Below, piece by piece: positions 23,163 to 34,379 of a stretch of 37,777 nucleotides of DNA (position 1 is the stretch's first letter; every line of letters starts with the position of its first letter). The stretch comes from Jimgerdemannia flammicorona (lineage: Eukaryota). The DNA lies in assembly GCA_003990765.1 (NCBI GenBank), contig RBNJ01000179.1, positions 1 through 37,777 of the forward strand. Direction: 5' to 3'. Made by a program: the position numbers and the translations under genes. A model generated the notes under the pieces. It was not told the DNA's origin. It searched no databases and saw only the letters and a program-made list of their open reading frames with translations.

Positions 23163-24050
23163 TCATGTAGCATGTCTGACCATATTATGAGAGGTCAGAA
23201 TTATCATCAAGGAGAAGATGCAAGAGATGGGCATCTGAATGTATAGTTGATAGGCATTACTATACCACCACCCAGGAATTTGAATCTCATAGTCCAAGAA
23301 CTCAGCCTTGGTGGTATCAGAAGTGACCCCAATGTAAAAGCTGTGTCTGGCAAAGGCAGATGCTTCCAACCCCCCAGCTATAAAAAGGGGCCATAGGCCC
23401 AAAAGGAGCCATGCTCAAGATAATAGAGCATTGTTGGCCTGATAGAAAAGTGGCAAGTCAGGAGGGGCCAGAAAGGAGTAGAAGAGTGCTTGGAGAAGGA
23501 GGATAGCACATGGGGTACTGACTAGTGTGTGAGTGATATAGAGAGTAGTGCCCTTGCAGAAAGAGTCTGTCTTAGAGGAGGTAATGGTCAGTATAATATA
23601 GGCAGGGTTATATACCAAAGGTGTAAACTGTATGGTGGAATGGAAGAGATTGATGGTAGAGTCAAATGCCATTGGTCCTTATGTGAATTCACCAGAATAA
23701 AGGAATCTGAAATATGCAAGCATAATGGCCGCTGTGATTGTGGTGGTTTTCAGTAGAAAGGTCCAAGAGGAGAAGAATTCGTAATAAGATAGAGATAGAG
23801 ATGGAGAGGCATAGTTATGAGATTGACTCCCCAATCTAATGCTTGATGCTCCAAAGGATCCATAGAAGCTGAAGCAAGTCTTCTAAAGAGTCTAGAAGGC
23901 CGGCATCAATGTAGAGTGAGTGAATAGTGAATAGGTATGATTTGATGATGGCCAGGCATAGGTATCATAGGGTCAGAGCACATACTCACTAAATCAGATA
24001 TTATTTGAAAGCTGGTAGAATGGAACTATCCTGGTTGCAGAGGTTGTTGA
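23163..24050 (-). pseudogene. Tyrosine recombinase of the Ngaro element
   Basis: SKTDSFCKG, HSFYIG (HSFRIG), GWWYSNAYQLYI (GRWxSxAYxxYI). Confidence 0.85.
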
Positions 24051-24229
24051 TGGTGCAGAATTCAAGGAAACCACATTGACTGGTCAAAGATAATTGGTGT
24101 ATAGAGCCTGCTAGACCAAACCATAGGAAGAATACGGTGAGGAGCAGAAGACCATGGGGTAGGAAGAGAGCTCAGCATTGTTGGGGTCTGGTCAGCATCA
24201 GGGGTGAGGGAGTAAAACCATAGAAGGTT

Positions 24230-25700
24230 GAGAAAGGACAATGCATCAGCAATAGCATTAAGATGAGAGGGAATAAATGATACTCATAATTGGAAAGAGT
24301 ATGAGGCCCCCAGAAAGAGAAGTTGGTGAAGGAGTTCAAGGAGTTTTAGGTTATTAGAGATGCAGGAATTGATGCAGAACATTGTGGTCTGATTGTCAAT
24401 CAGGACATAGATGCAGTGGAACTGCCAATGGGGGCCCCACATAGCTATAATGATGACAATGGTATATAATTCCTTAAATTAGATATATTTGAGAAGGAGA
24501 TCCACAGGCCAGAGGATAGAGAACTATGCTCTATCAAAAAATACTACAAAGTCATGGGTGCCACTGATATCAGTCCAGAATCAATTATCAGTGACCTCTT
24601 CCCATGGGGTAATAATCATGACTCTATTCCACAGTGTGAGGAATTGTAACCACTAATGTAAGTCTGCAAAAAAATTGGCAGTCAAGTTGATATGGTGATC
24701 AGAGTAGGAAACAGAGGTCGAAATATCAATAAAACAGCAAAGGAAGAGTTGGCCCTCTGGAATGACCTGACAAGCAAAAGAAAGGGACCCAATGAGTGAA
24801 AGGATATCCCATTTGGTGGCAGTTGCCCAAATAGAGGTTGACCAGGTGATGAGGTTGGTTATTGTTATGAGAGTAGATTGGATCTTGCCCTCAGAAAGAT
24901 GTGCCTCCATGGTAGTTGTATCAATCTCAAAGCCCATAAACAGAAGACAGGTAGAGGGGCCATCTACTTTTTTGTCCTGCACAGAAAATCCAATAGCATG
25001 GCAGATAGAAAGGAGAAGATAGAGTGGTGTTGTAGCTTGAGATAGGTGGCAGGCCCCAAAAGTATCATTGATATACCAAATGATATCATTCAGGCCATAG
25101 TATTTGAAAAGCCATTTGAGTATTTTACCAAAGACATTAAAGAGGAATGGAGATGAATGTAGTCTGAAGGGAAGGAATCAGTCAAAATAGAAAAGACTCT
25201 GCCAGTGGAAGCCTAGCAGTTCCCAATCCTCTGGATGCACCAGAATATATCAGAAGGCATTTGCCAAGTTGACTTTGAACAGTAGGGTATCTCTGCTGAG
25301 ACATTGTACAATATCCAATACTTGATCAAAGGTAGCATACTTGAGAGTAAAATCATCAGGCAATATCCTGGCATTTACCAATGTACTATGAGACCAAGAG
25401 AGATGATAAATGTGGTGCTGATTGGTGGATCCTTTCTTTGCCACTATACTCAATAGAGATGCCCAGAAATTCAGAAATGGAGGGTAGAAGAAGGGGCCCA
25501 CAATATGCCTGACTGCAACTTTTGTTATAATGTCATCAGAGATCACTTGAGGAAAAGCATGGGCCAAAGGTAGATTATACCATGACTGAGGGTGGTATGG
25601 GCCTACAAAGTCTATATAGACACTATAGAATAGAGCAAGTAAGATAGTAGATAAGAGATGGTAGTTGGGGAAGTCTTGAAATATAACTGCCCAAACATTG
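24230..25700 (-). pseudogene. DIRS-type RT and RNase H
   Basis: KVNLANAF, WYINDTF (YxDD remnant ~25063-25078), KKVDGPST...FMGFEIDT, IGSLSF, WTDISG, NAIADALS. Confidence 0.88.
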
Positions 25701-25949
25701 GCTCACAAGGGAACTATAGAAAGAGGGAGAATATCTAAAATATGTTTGGCAGAGGTCAGGGAAGTAGAGAGAGGAAAGGTAAAGATGGTGTTTGGAGGTT
25801 GAGGGGGTGTCATTGTAGAAGGGATGGAAGGGAGGACTATTATCAGAGCTTTCGATATACCCATAGAATCCTATAATGTACATTGGAATATAGCATATAC
25901 CTTTCTACAACAAGAATACTAATGATTGTAGAGACAACCCATGTGAGTG

Positions 25950-27255
25950 CAGCCTTAAATAAGGGGATCAATGGTACCAGCTTGGTTAATGTGGTTATAG
26001 GTATAGCATATATCAGAAAGAGGATATAGTTGTAAAGTCAAAGCCTGGTTGTGCCATGCAGGTTTTCTCACAGAATGAGAAGTCAACAGGGTGGACCCAG
26101 GGGTTTGGTGGTGGAAGTATGGGCATAGTAGTAGATATAAAGATATTAGTTCACTATCCTGAGTAGCCCAGGTCATACACAATGTACAAGAGAGAGGGGT
26201 GGCAATTCATTGAGCATGGAATTCAATGTGGTAGTCAAGAAGCACCTCTCATTGATTATCAGTGTTCAAATGGATAAGATTAGTTATATAGCAGAAGAAT
26301 GCAGTGGGATCCATGAGGCCAGAGATTGCATTATAGAGAATACTGAAATATAGTAGTAAAGGACCAAGTAGAGAAAGGAGATTGGGAAAGTTATGGACCA
26401 TGGTAACCTCCTGAGAAGGATTGATCTCCTCAATAAAGTGGGGCTCATTTGGTGTGAGCACCAAGAGAGTCTAGGTAATGAGTTTTCCGAGATCATGTGG
26501 ATGGAAGGTGTTGTAGATGATAGCAGAGACCATTGTAGGATTCATGTTGGAGTATTTGGCAAGGTTGAGACTATCATAGACAGATGAAAAAAGCATACAC
26601 CTGCAGACATCACACTGGGAGGCAGTGTACCTAGAGGCATCGCATCTGGAGGCATTGCTCCTGGAGGCATCATACCTGGAAGCATAACACCTGGAGGCAT
26701 TACACCTGGAGGCATTGCCCCTGGGAGCATTACCCCTGGAGGCATTACTCCTGGGGGCATTACTCCTGGAGGTATTGCCCCTGAAGGCACCATATCTGAC
26801 TGCATTGAGGTGGGTATTGGGAATGACCAGTTAGAGCCTGCTGTATAAGGAAAATAACCCGATGCTGAAAATGGAGGTGGTATGTAGGAATAGCCCATAA
26901 AAGGGGTATCAATAAGTGAGGGTTGGATGTCAGAAAGGCCCAGAGAAGCTGCTGAAAGTGGGAAGGCAGCTGGTGGTAGCGAAGGCCAAAAAATAGCTGT
27001 TATAGGTAAAGAGCACTGGGGGCATAACTCTGGTGTCTGAGGTACAAAAATATCTGAGATGGGGATATCTGAAACTAGAACTGGTGTTGTAAGGGTGCTG
27101 AGAACAGAAACTGATGCAGAATGGGAAATTGGCACTGAGGCAGCTGATGTGGTACTAGAGGGAGTGGGGTCAGTGAGAAAATCTGGGTCAGAGACCAGGT
27201 CAAGGGTATAATCCAAGATAGATGGGACCCAGGCTTTTTTAAGATAGTGATGCAA
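25950..27255 (-). pseudogene. Gag-like ORF1 of the Ngaro element, Pro-rich
   Basis: Position upstream of RT; ORF 26542..27255 plus downstream fragments. Confidence 0.55.
26617..26792 (-). repeat. 15-bp tandem repeat encoding ~11 (M/I)PPG(V/A) units
   Basis: cctggaggcat(t/a)nnn repeats. Confidence 0.9.
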
Positions 27256-28906
27256 GGAGGTGATTATCTGGTCTTACTTGGCAATATGGGCATCTTGATC
27301 AGATGTGATGAATGGAGGTATGGAATCTATGTTGGAAGTGCCAGTAGCCAATATGCCTGCAATGGGTTCAGGCATGGGGCAGTAGTCATGAAGTTGGTGA
27401 AGCACTAGCAGAGCAGTGTTATGTATCACCAGTAGTTGAGGTATAGGAAGTGATAGCTGCCAGTATAGCATTGGCATCTTGGGAAAGAGGACATATATGG
27501 GAGCCAGTAGTGTGGTGTCCAGGGAATTGGTCTCCCAATGGCAGATCAGACAGGAGTTATGAGGGAAAGTCATTGGATTGTATATATATATGAAGGTGAA
27601 GTTCATATTGTTGTTGGTTTTATTTTTACTGTGATGATATAAATATAAACAATATAGTGAAAACCATATAGTAGTGATTAAGCAGGATGGGAAGTGGTCA
27701 GAATGTTGGCAAACAATAATTGCATAATTGCTAATTATAAATGTATATTTCCTAATCAAGTAATATATATCTTTAATGTACTATCCCTTCAGGATCCCTT
27801 CAGTAGTGTGATGATCTCTGTGTGTGACAGTCTGGCAATTTAGTGGTTCTCCTTCTTGAGTGATGAGCAATCTCTATGTAGCACAATGATCTCCAAAAGT
27901 GATAAATAGCTTGATTTGGGTATGGGTTCACTGGAAATAGATGGTGGTATGGATTCTTCTGAATTAGGTTTTACTGGGAATTATGCTGGCAGTGGATTCT
28001 TCTATACTGGGCTCACTGGGAACAAATGAATAACTCAGATGGTATAGATAACTCGGGTAACTTAGATAACTCAGATGTTGCAGATTCTTCTTAACCAGCA
28101 GCTCTTCTGGGAATAATACTCAGATTCATGGCAAGTTATATTAAAGACTGGCTTTATTTATATGGGGTTATGTCATAGACTGGCTCCACTGCAAAGTTGT
28201 GTCAAGAGACTGACTTATGGCAAGAATAGGTGGACTCTCTGAGAATACAGATAACTTGGAAACAGTGGTGAAGTTCTTCCTTGAACTTTGGTGGCAAACT
28301 CGGATTCTTCAGGCTTATCTGGAAAGTGAACCAAAATATAGTGGCTTATTTCTTAAGTGGCAGATTTCTCAAAAGGTGGTGAAGTTCTTCCTTGAACTTA
28401 GTGGCAAACTTCAGGCTTATCTGACAAGCAAACCAAGGCTTTGTATCAGAAAGTGGACTAGAGTGGGAAAGGAGCAAAGCTCACAATCTCCTAGTAGTGG
28501 CTGTAGAGTAGGCATTTCTCCTAAGTATTGCAATCCTTCCTGGATTAGGTGGCTTTTGGCAGGCATATCTCTTGAAGTATAGTAGGCAGACTTGTCTTTT
28601 GCTTTGTGTTTTGGAACTGAGGTTTATTCACTCTTATCTCTGGGGTATTTTATACATTGTGGTTACTTTCTGGTTACTATCTGGATAATTATTGATTTAC
28701 TATTTCTGGTAATGTTTGGGTATATCCTTAAGACATGAGTGTGTCCACAGGACATAGGTGTATCTGCCAGACACAGGTGTGTCCTCTGGACACAGATAAA
28801 TAACCCTGATTCAGTATCCTAGCTAATTATAAGTGTGATATATATGAGTAACTATGCTATGCTGGGTTCACATTATCTGGCTATATTATGCTATTTGCTC
28901 ATCACA

Positions 28907-28950
28907 TCAGCCCCCACTGAAAGATAGTCTGTCCCAGACTGTTCTTCAGT
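28907..28950 (-). promoter_or_regulatory. PPT-like tract (AGTGGGGGCTGA) and adjacent inverted repeat of A3
   Basis: Abuts the 3' LTR; homologue at 4605-4647. Confidence 0.65.
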
Positions 28951-28957
28951 TATCATT

Positions 28958-29461
28958 CTAATAAGCATAAGCAGCTTCTGCATCTATATCTGTTCCATCA
29001 TCTTTATTGTCTGTATAAAGGTCACTCCATTCTAAAGGCTCCTCTTCTTCTTTAGAAAATAGGATCTCAACTTGGTGGATAATACTAAGGTAGGTGGGTA
29101 GGGTCATCTTTTAGAGATCATTCAGAGAGAACTAGGCCTGGATTAAAGCTGAAGGGTTTCATTTGTAGATTGTATATAATCTTTCTTCAGCAGTAGTATT
29201 CCTTCTGTTCAGGTCAGTAGTATTGCAGACATAAGCCAGGTCTGGGAGGGGGAGATTCTGCAATTGTTCTCCAATTGCATAGTATGTTTACAGCTGGTGG
29301 ATCTGGAGTAATCTCTCAGCCAGAGTGAGGTTTTCTTGATGAACCTGGATTCTCTGAAGGTATGTTCTATTGAGTTCTTGGAACTGTGGCAGGGGAACTG
29401 ATAGGGCTTGAAGAGAACTGAGGACAAGGGTCTGGAGATGGTTGTCAAATCTCTGGTTCAT
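28958..29461 (-). pseudogene. Accessory ORF between integrase and PPT in family A, 167 aa, unknown function
   Basis: ATG 29461 to TAG 28958 without frameshift, 4 internal stops; 5' end MNQR.D..LQTL.LS.LQ.L conserved in A2 (~4685-4746). Confidence 0.65.
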
Positions 29462-29479
29462 GGTGTGGAGAAAGATATA

Positions 29480-30450
29480 TCTTGAGACAATTGATATATA
29501 CTGGTGTCCTCAGGGTTCATCTATCCATACTTCATAAATAGATGCTGGTTCCTCTGATATTGTACACAAGATAATGTCCTTCTCATTTGGGCTCCAATTT
29601 GGTGGCAAAGTTTGTTTCAATCATACTTCTCCAAACTATTACTTGATCTCCAATCTTGATCTTCTGGTCCTTCTGTTTCTGGTCATAGTGCTTCTTTTGT
29701 CTTTAGTAATCTGAACTTGGGCCTGATTATATAACTGTTCTGTCTTCTTGAGGAGATCTCTGAGGTTCTCATGGTCAGCAGTTCTGGTCCTCTTGGTAAA
29801 CATTATTTCAAATGGCGGAGGCAGCAGGAGTATTCCAAATTTCCCATAGGATCTCAGGTAAGCAAAGATCCCAGTTGATAGGATTGACTCAGGTAAGTTC
29901 CCTCTTAATGGTCTGGTTCATTCTTTCCATCATGCCATTGGTCTGAGGATAGTATAATGTGGTCTGTTTGAGGTAGATCTTGTGAATTTAGACATAACTT
30001 GTAATTGTATTGTTGATGAATTCTATGCCTTAGTTAGCAATAAGTTCGTCTGAGGGTCCATATCTGTAAGTCTATAGAGAAGGCCTACAATGGTTAAGGC
30101 ATCTGCAATTTCTATTGGGAAAGCCTTGGACCACTTTGTTAGATGTTCTACAAATACAAGGATATATTTGTTTCTTCTTGATATAACTGGTAGGGGTCCA
30201 TTACATCTACTCCCCATCTCTGAAAGATATTGTCTGGTGGTGTAATGGTGCTTGATAATTCTTCCTTCCTTGATATTTCTGACAGGTGTCATATTTCTTG
30301 AGTATATCTCAGACTTGTATTCTAAGATTAGGCCAATGCTGGTATATTGTTTACAACTTTTCTTCTATATTTGCTTGTCTTTGGTGGGCTTTCTGATATG
30401 AAGTCTTCTTGTATCTTGATGGTTGGAGGAGCTTACTTTAGAGTATAGTT
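29480..30450 (-). pseudogene. int: A3 integrase
   Basis: GPLPVISRRNKYILVFVEHLTKWSKAFPI, YYPQTNGMMERMNQTI, KLEPK.EGHY. Confidence 0.88.
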
Positions 30451-30539
30451 CCTCAGGACACCCATCTTCTAGTTTATTGAGGCTGATGGAAAAGTACATC
30501 AATATTGTTGTGAGCTTTCCCTACTTTATAGATGATGGT

Positions 30540-31760
30540 GATTTAGTAATCCTGAAGGATAAGGATCCAGAAGACTAGGATTCTAGTGGATTCCTTATAG
30601 TTAAATAGTCATTTGGGAGCTGTATGGTCTGTAATCAGGGTGAATCTTTTTCTGATAAGATAATGCTTAAATAGGGTGACCACCCATATGACTGCAAGGT
30701 ATTCCAGTTTGGTGCTACCATAGTTCATCTACTGCTGATTGGTAGCTTAGCTTGTATAAGCAATCATATAGTACTGCTGGTCAGATTCTTCTTGGGCTAA
30801 AACTGCTCCTAGGTCATCTTTGGAATCATCTGTGTATAAGATGGATGACTTCTATAGATTGGGGCACACAAGGATTAGTACTGTGGTCATGCGGTTCTTG
30901 AGTTCTTTGAAGGCTTTTTCTTATGATTCTGTCCATTTATAAGGTACTTCTTTCTTGAGAAGGACTTGGATTGGAGTAGCAATTTGGGCGAAGTCCTTGA
31001 TAAACCTTCTATAGTAGAATACTAGTATCAGAAATGATAGTGTTTCCTTTAGTATCTTGGGTACTGGCCAGTTGTTGATCTTCTCAGTTTTCTTTGGATC
31101 TGTATAAATTTCTTCTTTCAAAACTATGAATTCAAGGAATTCAAGTTTCTGTTTCTTGAAATAGCACTTTTTGGCATTAAGTCTCAGGTGGTTCTTGCAG
31201 GTGAGCTTGAAGAATTCCTCTAGGTAGTATAGGTGTTCTTTGAAATTTGCTGAATAGATGTTGAAATCATTTATGTATACATCAGACAGTAGTAAATCAA
31301 GGGGGTATAGACTGAATTCATCATCCTCTGAAAGGTGGGGGGTGTATTGCAAAGTCCAAAGGGCATTTAGAGATATTCAAACAGTTTTCCTAAAGCAAGG
31401 ATGGCTGTCTTTTGAATGTCTTTGGGGTCTATGGGGATCTCATGGAATCCTGTAATAAGGTCCATACTGCTGAAGTATCTGGTATCTTTTAACTGATCCA
31501 AAAGGTCATCAATTCTGGGCAAAGGATAGGCATCCTTTTCAGTGACTGAATTGAGTTTTCTGTAATCTACACAGAGTCTCCATCCTCCTTTCTTTAGTAT
31601 AATAAGTATGGGGCTGGCCCAGGGGCTGGTAGAGGGTCGGATAACTCCATTGTCTAAGAGTTCTTAAATGTGATCTTTTTTAAATGTTTTCAAGTGATGG
31701 GGTATTCTATAGGGTTTCTGTCAGATGGGTGTTGCATTTCCTGTATTTATGCTGTAGTGA
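30540..31760 (-). pseudogene. pol: A3 reverse transcriptase and RNase H
   Basis: [67 protein letters not shown]. Confidence 0.92.
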
Positions 31761-32295
31761 TATGATGGATTGTATGGCAGGTTGCCATAGTCTGTAGTGA
31801 AGATATCCTGATATTTGTTGAGGAGTTCTACTAGTTGTTGTCATTGCTGGGGTGTCAATTCTTCTCCAATGTTGGTGGAAGGCTTTACTGTCTCCTGGGT
31901 CGCAAAGGGGCCTTTCCTTTTTTCTGGGACCTTTTGCCATTTCCCATTAAGTTTAGTTCATAAACTTCTCTATAAGTTTGATTGAGAAAAGGCACCAGAT
32001 GTCCTATGATTGTTCCTTTTGACAAGATGATGGTTTCCCAACTTTGGTTGGTTGCTTGGGAATGCACTGGATTTATCTTGTCAGGGAAGGTGTGTCCTTC
32101 TATGTCCAGGTGTAGAATATCTTCATTGGGTTCAAAGAAGAGATTTCTGGAGTCGGGTGGTACAAAGATTTTGAAGATAGTTTGCTCTCCAGGTTCCAGG
32201 ATGAGATTCTTGTACAGTTTGACTAGTTGGCAGTATACTTGCTGGAGGATATTCCTCTTGAGGTGATTGACTTGAAGGAGATATACTTCCTTCTT

Positions 32296-32700
32296 ATCTG
32301 AACTTCCAAATCCTTTAGCTTGTCTTGTTCCTTCAGTTAGTTCGGAGACTTCTTGTAATTATGGGGTCTTGACCTTCATGAAGACTGCTTGGGCAATCTT
32401 CTGTCCTCTAATGATTCAGTGCCATTTTGTACTACAGTTGTGTAGAATGGCCTTGATTTCACCTATATATCCAGGGTCAATGGTTCCTCCTTCCATAGTT
32501 ATTCCCTGTCTGGTAAGTCCAGACCTTGAGATCAGTTAGATGTAAGCTCCTTGGGGTGGCTGCATGGCTAGTTCAGTTTTGATTATGAATGTTTTCCCAG
32601 ACTTGATAGATTCATCCTCCAGACTGTGAAGATCATATCCTACATCTTCTGGGTGATCTTTGGTCGGGAGTTTGGCATTGGGATGTAGCAGGATATACTG
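32296..32700 (-). pseudogene. dut: dUTPase domain in A3 pol
   Basis: DVGYDL, SRSGL, GTIDPGYIGEI, KIAQAV, RQAKGFGSS. Confidence 0.92.
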
Positions 32701-32719
32701 GGCAATATCCTTGCTGAGT

Positions 32720-33999
32720 TCAGACTTTTCTTGGGCTAAAGCTCCACTAGCAGAGAACCTCTAGACTCTGAGGTTGAGGTGTGGCCATCTGGCTCCAGTA
32801 GAGGGGTCTCAGAGATAGTTGATTCCTCTTCTTTCTGTTGGGTCTAGGGCTTCCATGAAGTTGGTGGCATCTTCTATCCATCTTTAGTGGGTTGTATATC
32901 TGATAAGAGCTAGGATGTCTTCTCTTAAATCATAGATCTTGAGGGTCCTTCTTTCTGGCTTCTTGGTCTGACTTCTTCAGATCTGACCTCTGTTATCTTC
33001 TCTCTTCAAAGTGTGGATTGCAACATCATGACTGAGATGAATTTTCTGATGTCTGCAGTCTTGGCAGTCTGGGTGTCTATTATGATTACAATATCCCATT
33101 GCTCAGAAATGATATTCCTGGTTAATTTCTTGTTGTCTTGGGAATCAGTATCCATCTTGATCATAAGTTGGAGGAAGAGTAGACAAGGAATATACTTCTG
33201 TTTGGGTGAAGAGACCTTATCCTCTGAATCAACTTTGCAACTTGGTAGTAACTTCTTGGAAGATAGTTGACTGTGCAACTGTATTCAGGAGTTCTGGTCT
33301 CTGGGGTCTCTGTCTCTTCTATTGGTCTAGTAAATAGCACTGATAGCTGTAGTCTCAGGGGGAGTGGAAGACCATTTGGTGTGGACATCTTCCTAGCCAA
33401 AATACCTTCTCTTGGTGAGTTTCTTTCTTGAGAATAATGGGGATTATACTAGGTCCTTCTTCTATATTCCAAGGGTCATCATCCTCAGATAGTGTCCAGT
33501 GAGGGTCATCCCAGAGAATGAGTTTGGGGACCTCTTCTTCTTCAGGTGCTTCTTGTTCAGGAACTTCTTGATCAGAAACTTCTTCTTCCTCAGATGATTC
33601 TTGGCCCCAAATTGCTTGTACTTCTGCAGCTTCAGCTGCAGATATTTCTGGAACATGTCTGCATTTCATCTTCTTCCTTCTGTAATCATGGCAGGCTGTG
33701 CCAGGTGAATTCCTTATTCCAATAATCTTGGAGAAGTGCTTGGGGCACTTGTGTCTCTTGAGGCAGGTGAGGCATCCTTTGATTTCTCCTACAATGGCTC
33801 TGATGGTAATAGGGACAGTGTTCTTGGCCCATATATTGTCTTCTGGTCTGTCATCCACTAGGTCGATCCTTGGATTGAGTCTGGGATCATTTCCATCTTC
33901 TAATTCTTCTTCTTCCTCTGTAGTAGACTCTTTACTGCTGGCATATTCTTCCTGGATGGTGATCTTCTTCTTCTTCTTCAATTGCTCATAGCTGGTCAC
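32720..33999 (-). pseudogene. ~400-codon insert between protease and dUTPase with acidic tracts and Cys/His clusters
   Basis: ORF 33355..33999 plus downstream fragments; also present in A2 (~19690-20920). Confidence 0.6.
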
Positions 34000-34345
34000 C
34001 TTAACTCTATACTTCTTACCTCAGTAGTAAAACTTGAGTACTTGTTGACTGATATCAACAACTGCATTCATTTCCTTCATTCAATTGATACCAAGGATTA
34101 TATCATAGATGACAGCTTTGGTGACAACAGCTTTCAGGATGGAGAACTGAATATGTCCAAGAAAAATGGTGATATTCCATACTTCTCCAAGGGGTTGAGT
34201 TCAGGCTCCATCTGCTACTATATATGATGCTGAGGTTAGATGGTCCATCAATGGGCCATTGGAGGGTATCCAGGAACTGTTTGGCAATAATACAGATAGC
34301 TGCTCCTGTATCTATGAGGATTTTCGCCTTTTGTCCTCCAATGTC
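34000..34345 (-). pseudogene. A3 aspartic protease
   Basis: AKILIDTGAAICII; YDIILGIN. Confidence 0.88.
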
Positions 34346-34379
34346 TCCATGTAAGTAGGTGCTAACATATCTCTCTGCA

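Larger units (their letters stand above)
22311..27802 (-). mobile_element. Ngaro-type (DIRS order) tyrosine-recombinase retrotransposon
   Basis: Split direct repeats a1 27656-27802, b1 22637-22784, a2 22490-22636, b2 22311-22458; gag-like, RT/RH and YR remnants; host LTR resumes on both sides. Confidence 0.92.

Noticed and set aside
23163..25700. Prokaryotic integrase/retron or prophage
   Set aside because: Motifs and split repeats are DIRS/Ngaro-type and the context is eukaryotic
27274..27759. 161-aa ORF
   Set aside because: Starts within the Ngaro terminal repeat, AT-rich, no recognisable motifs
29209..29448. Track ORF MTTISRPL...
   Set aside because: Overlaps the 28958-29461 frame, which is the one with an ATG, a conserved N-terminus in A2 and the shared motif
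29462..29560. Chromodomain at the integrase C-terminus
   Set aside because: No chromodomain motif recognisable in either family
31278..31352. Apparent novel insert before YIND in RT (MQYTPHLSEDDEF...)
   Set aside because: Frameshift artefact; other frames give the normal MPFGLCN...FQRMMN
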